Origin: Candidatus Heimdallarchaeota archaeon
Lineage (GTDB): Archaea; Asgardarchaeota; Heimdallarchaeia; Heimdallarchaeales; Kariarchaeaceae
DNA: 24,000 nucleotides
Reading direction: 5' to 3'
Assembly (NCBI GenBank): GCA_029882335.1
Contig: JAOUKW010000003.1
Span: forward strand, 6,383 to 30,382
Each line of letters opens with the position of its first letter. Within the stretch, counting starts at the first letter, position 1. The notes under the pieces were generated by a model, which ran no database searches, was not told the DNA's origin, and saw only the letters and a program-made list of their open reading frames with translations. The position numbers were made by a program, and so were the translations under genes. Shown one piece after another: positions 16,681-24,000 of this stretch.

Positions 16681-17436
16681 CTAAATTGTTTTATTCTCTT
16701 TATAATTTGTTGAATTAAGAGGCATAAATGCAATAAAAATTGCAGCAGGATTATCCATTGATTGATCTTCATCAGGTTGATTCTGTGTAAAATATGGATT
16801 CAGTACATCTAAGTAAAATTTGGATAGTTTGGATTTAACCTCTTTATGATTCCGCAGATTGAAAATGTTTTGTAAGAAAAATGTGTTTTCAATATATGAT
16901 TGTCCGATGTAAGCTGATTTGTTTTCTTCGATGTAGTCTGAAATAATCTCTGTTATCATTTTAATAAATCCTAAAGATGAATAATTTGCAAATGATAGAT
17001 AAGATGATATCAAGTCATATTTGTTTTTGATAATTAGATATTCAACAAATTTGGTATCAAAGCTGGGATCGCTGATTCGGTTATTCACACTATAGTAAGC
17101 ATTTCTTGGTTCTTCGTGATTTCTTTCCTTCTTGATAAGACCTGCATCTGAAAGTGCTTTTAATGAACGAAAGAGTGATTTTTCACCTTTTAAATTTAAT
17201 TTATCCTTTAAATTGCTTGTTTTCATTTTACCATTAATATTAAGGTGGATCATAATTTTATTACAAGAATCCCATCTGAAAACTTGAATTAATTTATTCA
17301 TATATTCAATTCGTTGTTCAAAGTCTTCTATTTCTTCTTTAGTAAAATTAAGTAAAACCATTATATGTCTAATACTATTGAATATTTCTAGATATAAAAA
17401 TTTAAGTATCATATTATGGTACTTTGTATATATCAT
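16681..17436 (-). CDS. Winged helix-turn-helix (ArsR/MarR-like) DNA-binding protein with an uncharacterised C-terminal domain
   Basis: The wHTH-like segment is WDSCNKIMIHLNINGKMKTSNLKDKLNLKGEKSLFRSLKALSDAGLIKKERNHEEPRNAYYSVN, followed by ~130 aa I cannot identify. Start is uncertain. ATG 17436 lies only 25 bp from the divergent gene. The internal ATG 17361 (MVLLNFTKEE...) has TTTTTATATC ending ~29 nt upstream and may be the real start. Confidence 0.6.
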   Translation of the reverse strand: MIYTKYHNMILKFLYLEIFNSIRHIMVLLNFTKEEIEDFEQRIEYMNKLIQVFRWDSCNKIMIHLNINGKMKTSNLKDKLNLKGEKSLFRSLKALSDAGLIKKERNHEEPRNAYYSVNNRISDPSFDTKFVEYLIIKNKYDLISSYLSFANYSSLGFIKMITEIISDYIEENKSAYIGQSYIENTFFLQNIFNLRNHKEVKSKLSKFYLDVLNPYFTQNQPDEDQSMDNPAAIFIAFMPLNSTNYKENKTI

Positions 17437-17461
17437 TTTATAATATCATGAGTTGAAAATT

Positions 17462-19150
17462 ATGAATAATATTGATAATAAAATAATTAATCAAATTTCC
17501 ACTTACCTTCAACGGGTTGTTCCTTTTGGCTTTAATGGCGTTTTTTTACTGGCAAAAAATGATCAAATTCTATTTCACCAAGGATTTGGATATCGAAATA
17601 TTGCTAAACAATTACCTATGTCCCTGAAAACCTCCTTAGGGATTGGGAGTATAAGTAAGCAATTTACCTCTGCTTTGATTATGAAATTGAGTGAAAAAGG
17701 ATTGCTACAAACTGGGGATCGTTTGGTAAATTATTTTAGAAATTTTTCAGAAGACAAGCAGAATATTACTATTCATCAATTACTTACACATACAAGTGGT
17801 TTACCATCTGATATTGATGGAGTGGATGATTTTACTCCGATATTAACAGATGATTTTTTGAAAAAAGTAAATTCTCTTGAATTGAGAAGTTCACCTGGTA
17901 CTGTTTTTCGATATAGTAATATCGGATATTCAATCCTAGCGATATTAATTTCTAAATTAGTGGGTAAATCATTCCAAAAATATTTACTGGATGATATATT
18001 AGCTCCATTAGATATTCACCAGGTAGGATGGTTTGGAGATCCCAAATGGACGATTGAAAATTCGTCTAGTTATTATAATGAGGGAAAATGTACTGGTTCT
18101 CCATATGAATGGGATGGATCATGGCAGCAAGATTACTGGGGTATATTAGGTAATGGAGGTTTGATTTTAATGGCCGAAGATTTGTATAAATGGATGTTAC
18201 ATCTGTTTTCCAATAAATTTCTTAATTCAAATTCTATGAATACTATGCTGACACCTGAATTGAATGATTATGGATATGGCTGGGATGTGACAGAAGATGA
18301 GCTAGGAAAAGTCATCATGCATGATGGGGGAAGTACGTTGGGGATTAATGCTTTGGCTAAATATTATCCAAAAGAAGATATTTACTATATTCTATTGGGA
18401 AACACTCGATTTGATAGAAGGGGTGTGGTCTTTCATTTAGATCCTGTAATAAAGTCTATATTTATGAATAAATATGTTCAATTACCACCGAAAGTTGAGT
18501 ATCATTCTTGTTTTGATTATTCAATTGCACAACAAAATTACAGATTTAATATTGATTCAGATAATTTTGGTCAGATAATAACCAATAATGAGAATGCGAT
18601 AGTTATTTCATTAAATGGACAACAAATTATTAATAACTTATTTTTTAGCTCTCCCGATAGTATTTTACAAATCGATCAAATTAAACATTATAATGAACGA
18701 GTAATTAATTTTGGAAAGTATTGTTTGAATCAAGATTGGCAAGCTGCTTTTCTGTTAATGAAAAATCCTTTGAATTATGAACATAGGGTTGATATTTTGG
18801 AACATTTACTTCAGTCATTTACTAGTCAAAATGGAGAGATAGTAAACTTATCAACAACGACAATTCCCTCTAAGGACTATTTTGCCACCACTTATTTGGG
18901 ATTAATTAGTACGAAAAAAACTCAATTTATTGCTTTTGTTTGGGAAAAACCGGGGATTTTACTTGGATTTAGACCTGGTCTGACTGATTGGATAACTTCA
19001 TTTATTTGTTACAACACTGTTGACAATAAAATTATCGGGTATAATATTGCAACTCAATTTCAATTCGAAGCTTTGATTAGTGATAATATATTATTAATGA
19101 ACTCATTAAAAATACCTCTAGAAATTGAAGATAACAATAAATTTTCTTAA
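17462..19150 (+). CDS. Serine hydrolase of the beta-lactamase/PBP fold (S12-like), paralogous in architecture to 1012..2652
   Basis: The ORF-track start at 17453 is TTG; ATG 17462 is preferred. Motifs are SxxK (GSISKQF), YxN (YSNIGY) and HxG (MHDGGSTLG). A ~230-aa C-terminal extension follows, and no signal peptide is seen. Confidence 0.85.
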   Translation: MNNIDNKIINQISTYLQRVVPFGFNGVFLLAKNDQILFHQGFGYRNIAKQLPMSLKTSLGIGSISKQFTSALIMKLSEKGLLQTGDRLVNYFRNFSEDKQNITIHQLLTHTSGLPSDIDGVDDFTPILTDDFLKKVNSLELRSSPGTVFRYSNIGYSILAILISKLVGKSFQKYLLDDILAPLDIHQVGWFGDPKWTIENSSSYYNEGKCTGSPYEWDGSWQQDYWGILGNGGLILMAEDLYKWMLHLFSNKFLNSNSMNTMLTPELNDYGYGWDVTEDELGKVIMHDGGSTLGINALAKYYPKEDIYYILLGNTRFDRRGVVFHLDPVIKSIFMNKYVQLPPKVEYHSCFDYSIAQQNYRFNIDSDNFGQIITNNENAIVISLNGQQIINNLFFSSPDSILQIDQIKHYNERVINFGKYCLNQDWQAAFLLMKNPLNYEHRVDILEHLLQSFTSQNGEIVNLSTTTIPSKDYFATTYLGLISTKKTQFIAFVWEKPGILLGFRPGLTDWITSFICYNTVDNKIIGYNIATQFQFEALISDNILLMNSLKIPLEIEDNNKFS

Positions 19151-19330
19151 TACATTAGAAAAATAAATAGATATTATTCTACAACTAATATCATGAAAAA
19201 GTCTTATACTTTGTTAGATCTAAGAAGGAGATAAACTAAATATAAATTGGTTATGTTATTACATTATTTAATATTAATTAAAATTATATTTTTTTATATG
19301 CAAAATTATGTTTGAGGAAAGTCTATATTG

Positions 19331-21238
19331 TTATTTTGACATTTTGGTTTTCTTTCTTAGAAACCAAGTGATTACTGGTATCAAAAGAAGAGTAGTTGCA
19401 TTGAACTCAACAATTCTCGGTTCTGATATACCTGATGTGGAGGAGTTAGTTATATCCCTTGATGTCAAACTTCCAAACTCAGAAACATAATTATATGGAT
19501 TATTTATTACATTATGTGCATGTTGAATTATAGTATAACTTTCTAAATATAATTTTTGAGCATGAAGTGACATGGCATTCAAGTATAATTCATCTAAATA
19601 TGGTAAAAGATCCGGAAATGTTGATCCCCAATGAGTATATGCCTCTGTATATGCATTATATAGTGTAAAAATTATTTTATCTAAATTTCTTCTCCAGAAG
19701 GCTTGCGAAATTAAAACAGAAAAATTCGCTGTACCTGGATAATAACCCATTACATCGGAAATAAAATCGGATACAAATGAATTTCCAAATGTATGTGGCA
19801 GTCCGATGGAATGTCCAATTTCATGTATTAGTACTTTGCTTAATCCTGCTTTATGGGTGGTTCCATCTGGCATGAATGCCCGATCTAATTCCCATAACAT
19901 AGTTACAATTCCATTTCCTCCAAGCCCGGTATAAAGGCCTCCTGTCCAAGGTATCCAACTGTCTCCTGCGTAACTCGCATTATCAAGAAGGAGTATCAAT
20001 CCTTTAATTGGTAGAGTTGCATCTGTTCTTTCAAAATAATTACCGCGTAAAATACTATTACTGAATATCTCACCCCAGAGTTGATCTCCATTATAAAATC
20101 TCCAATTTTCAAAAGGTGGATCGATCCCTTGGTATGCACTATAATCTATTTCTGCATTTTCTATCAAATCTTTAAGAAACGTATCATTATTTATATCATA
20201 ATAATTAACTACAAATTCAATATTTGTTGAATTTGCTATGTAACCTAATTTATCAATTGATAATTGTTCATTAATTATCCATCGTAATTCTTCTTCACTT
20301 TTTTGTGTGCTATTATATACAACAATGGTTTGTGAATTGACATTTTCTCTTAGATTAATCCCTTCTCCAAATAAACCCATGCCGTATATATTTTCCAGCC
20401 AATCAGTAATCCATTTAGATGTTGTATCAGTAACAATTGGTCTCGCATTTGATGGTGTTTCATTGTTAATGAGCTCTGTTAAGGTATTGTCATAAGATGG
20501 GTGATAAATTGTATTATCATTCCAAATACTTCTCCAATTTAACACCCATTGAAATGATGTTGGATCTAAAATTGCAACATCCGTTTGTTCACTGAATGCA
20601 GCATAAGGGAATTTTACATCATAGTTCAATGGGTAGTCCCATTCTAATCTCCAGTAAAATCTTGAAGACATGGAATCTGGATCTATTTCTGTTGCATTTA
20701 ACCAGTGTTTATTGGTACCAATATCCAACCTAGATAAATTGAATACAAACATATGATATAAATTATTATCATTTAAATTCGTTGATGGTTTGTTTGCAGA
20801 TAAATATTGTTCTAATAATCTAGCATCTATTGCTTTTCCATTTTGCTGTTCAAAAATATCCTTTCTCACAAAGTTTACTTTTTGTTCATTAATTGCTGTT
20901 TCATTAAGTTTAGAAGTCCAGTCATCGGTTGTAATGGTATCAATATATGCATTTAATTGGTCCGTATAAGACTGATCTGGTACTTGTAAATCCAAGATTA
21001 CATCATAATTCAAATCTCCATAGTAATTATAAAAGTATGTAAATTGTAATTGTGATCTAATTGAGTTTAAATCTAAAAGACTAGTATCAAAATTTATGAA
21101 ATTAATTGAAATATTCATCTCTATATCAACTTCTGGTAAAACTGGTGTTACAAGGACTGAATTCGTATTAATTGGTGCGAATGCAAAAATAATAAGAATA
21201 AGGAGAGTTTTACTTATATTTATATTCATCTGAATCAT
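19331..21238 (-). CDS. Secreted, C-terminally anchored metzincin-type zinc metalloprotease (HExxHxxGxxH + Met-turn; M43/M10-like motif)
   Basis: The ORF-track start at 21241 is TTG and the adjacent ATG is at 21238. The signal peptide is KTLLILIIFAFAPINTNS. The zinc motif LIHEIGHSIGLPHTFGN (nt 19792..19824) is followed by a SDVMGYY Met-turn candidate. About 450 aa precede the motif. The C-terminus is a TM helix followed by RKKTKMSK. The protein contains no cysteine. Confidence 0.85.
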   Translation of the reverse strand: MIQMNINISKTLLILIIFAFAPINTNSVLVTPVLPEVDIEMNISINFINFDTSLLDLNSIRSQLQFTYFYNYYGDLNYDVILDLQVPDQSYTDQLNAYIDTITTDDWTSKLNETAINEQKVNFVRKDIFEQQNGKAIDARLLEQYLSANKPSTNLNDNNLYHMFVFNLSRLDIGTNKHWLNATEIDPDSMSSRFYWRLEWDYPLNYDVKFPYAAFSEQTDVAILDPTSFQWVLNWRSIWNDNTIYHPSYDNTLTELINNETPSNARPIVTDTTSKWITDWLENIYGMGLFGEGINLRENVNSQTIVVYNSTQKSEEELRWIINEQLSIDKLGYIANSTNIEFVVNYYDINNDTFLKDLIENAEIDYSAYQGIDPPFENWRFYNGDQLWGEIFSNSILRGNYFERTDATLPIKGLILLLDNASYAGDSWIPWTGGLYTGLGGNGIVTMLWELDRAFMPDGTTHKAGLSKVLIHEIGHSIGLPHTFGNSFVSDFISDVMGYYPGTANFSVLISQAFWRRNLDKIIFTLYNAYTEAYTHWGSTFPDLLPYLDELYLNAMSLHAQKLYLESYTIIQHAHNVINNPYNYVSEFGSLTSRDITNSSTSGISEPRIVEFNATTLLLIPVITWFLRKKTKMSK

Positions 21239-21382
21239 CAATAACCTTTAATTATAAATATCAATTCATTTAACTTCAATAAATTTATTTTAATATCGTT
21301 TATTTTTTTTTTATTTTGCTGAGTAATTTAAAATCTAAATTGTAAAATCAGGATAAAAATTTATAGAATACTCATGAATTTA

Positions 21383-23275
21383 TTAAAATTTTCTTTTTTT
21401 AATTAATTTAATTGTTATTATAGGAATTAATACTAATAAACTGAAACCGAAATTGTGAGTTAGTTCCTCTTCTTTTGAATTTGGAATTATAAAATCATTA
21501 GAGAATTCGGATGAGTACTCAGAAACAGAAGTATATTGCTCCGGAAAGTTTAATACATGTAGTAGATGTTCTATCATTGGTATTAATTCTAAATATTTTT
21601 TCTGTGCGTGTATTTCCATTGCAAGTTTGTAATTTTCAAAAACGTAACTAACTATATTGGGGTAATAATTGGTATAATCCAAATATGTTTCTTGATATCT
21701 TGTTAATAGTTCTTGTATCTTATTATCCACATTTCTTCTCCAAAAACTTTGAGAAATTAAAGTTGAGAAATTTGCTGTACCTGGATAATAGCCCATTACA
21801 TCGGAAATAAAATCTGATACAAATGAATTAGTAAATGTATGTGGCAACCCGATGGAATGTCCTATTTCATGGATAAGTACTTTACTTAATCCTGCTTTAT
21901 GGGTTACGCCATTTGGCATGAATGCACGATCCAATTCCCATAACATGGTAACAATGCCACCACCACCTAAACCTGTAAATAACCCTCCCGTCCATGGAGT
22001 TAGTGAGGGAGAATCAGATGCATAACTTGCATTATCCAAGATCAGTATTATTCCCTTAACTGGAATGTCTGCTGTACTGTCAATGAAATAATTATTATTC
22101 AATTCAGAATTTACAACGACTGCATTAAATAAATCAATCCCATCATAATAGGTCCAATTTTCAAATGGTGGTGTTCCATAAACCGATTGATAATCTATTT
22201 CTGCATTTCTCAGGATGTTTTGAAGAACATGATCTGATTTTACATCATAATAATTGACTATGATATCAACATCAGTTGAGTTTGCTATAAATCCCAATTC
22301 ATCAGAAACTAATTGTTCATTAATAATCCATTCAATTTCACTTCTGCTCTTTTGACTGCTGTTATATCCAACAATAAACTGAGCATTTGTAGATCCTCCT
22401 AGTTTTGGTTCGTCACCCATCAATGACATTCCATAAATGCGATTTAACCAATCTCCAACCCATTTAGAAGTAGTATCTGTTACCGTATTTCTGGCTTGTT
22501 CTATTGTTTGAGAAGTTATTAGTTCTGTCAGAGTTTTATCGTAGGATTGGTGATATACCGTATCGGTATTCCAGTATCTTCTCCAATTCAATACCCATTG
22601 AAATGAAGTTGGGTCTATGATTGCTATATCTGATTGTTCACTAAATGCAGCATAAGGGAATTTAACATCATAATTCATTGGGTAATCCCATTCTAATCTC
22701 CAGTAAAATCTCGAGGACATGGAATCTGGATCAATCTCAGTTACATTTAACCAATGTTTATTTGCTCCAACATCCAATCTAGAAAGATTAAATACAAAGA
22801 TGTGATATAAATTATTGTCATTGAGAGTTGTTGTAGGTTTATTATTTGAAAGATATTGTTCTAATAGTCTAGCATCAACTGCTTTTCCATATTGTTGTTC
22901 GAAAATATCCTTTCTAGTAAACTCTGCTCTTTGTTCTAATATTGCTGTTTCATTTAGTCTAGAAGTCCAGTCCTCAGAGGTAATGGTATCAATATAATTA
23001 TTTAATGATTCAGTATAATCCTGATCTGGTGTGTTTAATTCAAAAATAATATTATATTCTGTTGATCCATAATTCCTGTATAATTGTGTGTTTTCAAAAT
23101 TTGATTGGAGCGCAGTCAAATCTAACAGATTTAGGTCAAAATTAATGAAATTAATTGCTATATTCATTTCTGCCAATAGTGGTAATGTTTCAGTTGGTTC
23201 CTGTGAATTGATTTTTGGTGTTGATGTGGTGATCAAAAAAATGATTACAAGCAATCGCAAATTTTTTTTATCCAT
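21383..23275 (-). CDS. Secreted, C-terminally anchored metzincin-type zinc metalloprotease, tandem paralogue of 19331..21238
   Basis: 630-aa ATG ORF with a signal peptide (LRLLVIIFLITTSTPKINS). It has the identical LIHEIGHSIGLPHTF motif (nt 21839..21871) and SDVMGYY. It is colinear with the downstream paralogue over the full length. The tail is NFGFS, a TM helix and KKRKF. The protein contains no cysteine. Confidence 0.85.
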   Translation of the reverse strand: MDKKNLRLLVIIFLITTSTPKINSQEPTETLPLLAEMNIAINFINFDLNLLDLTALQSNFENTQLYRNYGSTEYNIIFELNTPDQDYTESLNNYIDTITSEDWTSRLNETAILEQRAEFTRKDIFEQQYGKAVDARLLEQYLSNNKPTTTLNDNNLYHIFVFNLSRLDVGANKHWLNVTEIDPDSMSSRFYWRLEWDYPMNYDVKFPYAAFSEQSDIAIIDPTSFQWVLNWRRYWNTDTVYHQSYDKTLTELITSQTIEQARNTVTDTTSKWVGDWLNRIYGMSLMGDEPKLGGSTNAQFIVGYNSSQKSRSEIEWIINEQLVSDELGFIANSTDVDIIVNYYDVKSDHVLQNILRNAEIDYQSVYGTPPFENWTYYDGIDLFNAVVVNSELNNNYFIDSTADIPVKGIILILDNASYASDSPSLTPWTGGLFTGLGGGGIVTMLWELDRAFMPNGVTHKAGLSKVLIHEIGHSIGLPHTFTNSFVSDFISDVMGYYPGTANFSTLISQSFWRRNVDNKIQELLTRYQETYLDYTNYYPNIVSYVFENYKLAMEIHAQKKYLELIPMIEHLLHVLNFPEQYTSVSEYSSEFSNDFIIPNSKEEELTHNFGFSLLVLIPIITIKLIKKRKF

Positions 23276-23409
23276 GATATATTTGAATACGTTTATCTAA
23301 TAAATTAATCATAAAGTAAAAGTACAAATAGTCTAAATCAAATCGAATTTGGGGAAATTTAATTGATTTAATATTTTTGAAGCAATTTTTTCAACTACTA
23401 TTTTTACTA

Positions 23410-23727
23410 TTACTCTACAGAATTTATAAGAATTTTAAGAAGTATAATTTCATCCTCATCCAATGCTTTGTCTTCTAATGCTACATGATAAGTATCCGAT
23501 AGTAATTGGTTCTCTAATTCAAGTAATTTTAGTTCTTCCTGTTTAGTTATGATGTTATCTTCAATGGCTTCATGAACGAGTTTCTCATATGATATGATAT
23601 TTTGTTTTGCAATGTCAATTATTTTTCTTTCTTCATTAGTTATAATTCCATCTTCAGAGGCCTTTTGTATTAGTGAATTTAGTGCCTCATTTATTCTTGC
23701 AAGTTTATTTATAACTTCTTTAACCAT
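23410..23727 (-). CDS. Small helical protein with three ED-x-I/L-x-x-EE repeats (TerB-like pattern), function unknown
   Basis: 105-aa ATG ORF with three motif copies: EDGIITNEERKIIDIA, EDNIITKQEELKLLEL and EDKALDEDEIILLKIL. The D-G-x-I-x-x-x-E-x-x-x-L periodicity resembles TerB/DjlA-N-type helical domains. Assignment is by pattern only. Confidence 0.5.
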   Translation of the reverse strand: MVKEVINKLARINEALNSLIQKASEDGIITNEERKIIDIAKQNIISYEKLVHEAIEDNIITKQEELKLLELENQLLSDTYHVALEDKALDEDEIILLKILINSVE

Positions 23728-23905
23728 GAATAAAATATTAGACCATACCTAATAAATTTATTTACTTATAATTCAATATTTAGTGTTATCTTTTTGTATT
23801 AATATCTTTATCATTTCCAAAAGTATAATATTGAATTTATAAAAATTATATATAGTGGATTATAAGGATATTATTTCTCGTCTCTATGAGGAAGTGATTA
23901 TTCTG

Positions 23906-24000
23906 ATGAATGATAAACTAGTAATGAGTACTATTTATTATCTAGTTCAAATACTGTCAGCATTGGTTATTTTTCAAAATTTAAAGAAGAGTAATTTTAA
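23906..24000 (+). CDS. Possible 5' end of a membrane protein gene running off the window
   Basis: ATG 23906 is preceded by GAGGAAGTGA (23888..23897) with an 8-nt spacer. The frame stays open to the window end: MNDKLVMSTIYYLVQILSALVIFQNLKKSNF. Only 31 codons are visible. Confidence 0.25.
   Translation, partial: MNDKLVMSTIYYLVQILSALVIFQNLKKSNF

Larger units (their letters stand above)
19331..23275 (-). repeat. Tandem gene duplication (two ~1.9-kb metzincin paralogues separated by ~140 bp)
   Basis: The two proteins align end to end by eye. Nucleotide similarity is highest around the catalytic-site block (about 19700..19920 versus 21750..21970). It is lower in the N-terminal signal region and the C-terminal ~90 aa. 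Confidence 0.85.

Noticed and set aside
19308-23300. + strand ORFs 19308..19490, 20307..20495, 22815..22997 and 23088..23300, antisense to the metzincin genes
   Set aside because: All are nested in, or overlap the ends of, two long paralogue-supported minus-strand genes. None is conserved between the two copies as an ORF.
1-24000. CRISPR arrays, IS elements or inverted terminal repeats, rRNA, and C/D-box sRNAs in the intergenic gaps
   Set aside because: No regularly spaced direct repeats and no transposase-like ORFs are present. I scanned the gaps 2653..3041, 3149..3475, 5372..5603, 10063..10612, 13906..14512 and 23728..23905 by eye for RUGAUGA...CUGA pairs at sRNA spacing and found no convincing C/D/C'/D' set. 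A computational scan could still find what I missed.

Overview
The window is a visibly AT-rich archaeal chromosomal segment. Two tRNA genes carry introns at the canonical 37/38 site. Internal operon genes are preceded by GGAGG or GGTGA ribosome-binding motifs, and the proteins are rich in Asn, Ile and Lys. The LRR protein, the RING-type finger and the intron-bearing tRNA-Asp and tRNA-Ile suggest an Asgard (Loki-like) archaeon, but I could not test that inference here.

I support 17 protein-coding genes, 1 multi-lesion pseudogene, 2 tRNAs and 2 low-confidence extra ORFs. In order along the window they are:
- a membrane-anchored LRR protein
- a cytoplasmic S12 beta-lactamase-fold hydrolase
- tRNA-Asp(GUC)
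- a family-5 solute-binding protein (SBP)
- a PNPOx-like flavoprotein
- a surface protein with two PPC domains, divergent from an operon of a prenyltransferase-like alpha/alpha-toroid surface protein, an ABC ATPase and an ABC-2 permease
- a decayed family-5 SBP copy next to its intact paralogue
- tRNA-Ile(GAU)
- a same-strand run of winged-helix protein, NfeD-RING fusion and flotillin
- a second S12 hydrolase
- two tandem membrane-anchored metzincin paralogues
- a small helical-repeat protein

The most unusual items:
1. An NfeD-family membrane protein ends in an eight-ligand RING/PHD-type zinc finger and is translationally coupled to a flotillin.
2. Six secreted proteins and the pseudogene share a C-terminal tail of Ser/Thr/Pro/Asn linker, (G)F motif, TM helix and Lys/Arg cluster. 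This resembles an archaeosortase-type sorting signal.
3. Two cysteine-free metzincins each carry a roughly 450-aa N-terminal region that I cannot place in any family.
4. Three family-5 SBP paralogues have no cognate importer genes in the window.

No CRISPR array, IS element, integrase or rRNA was seen.
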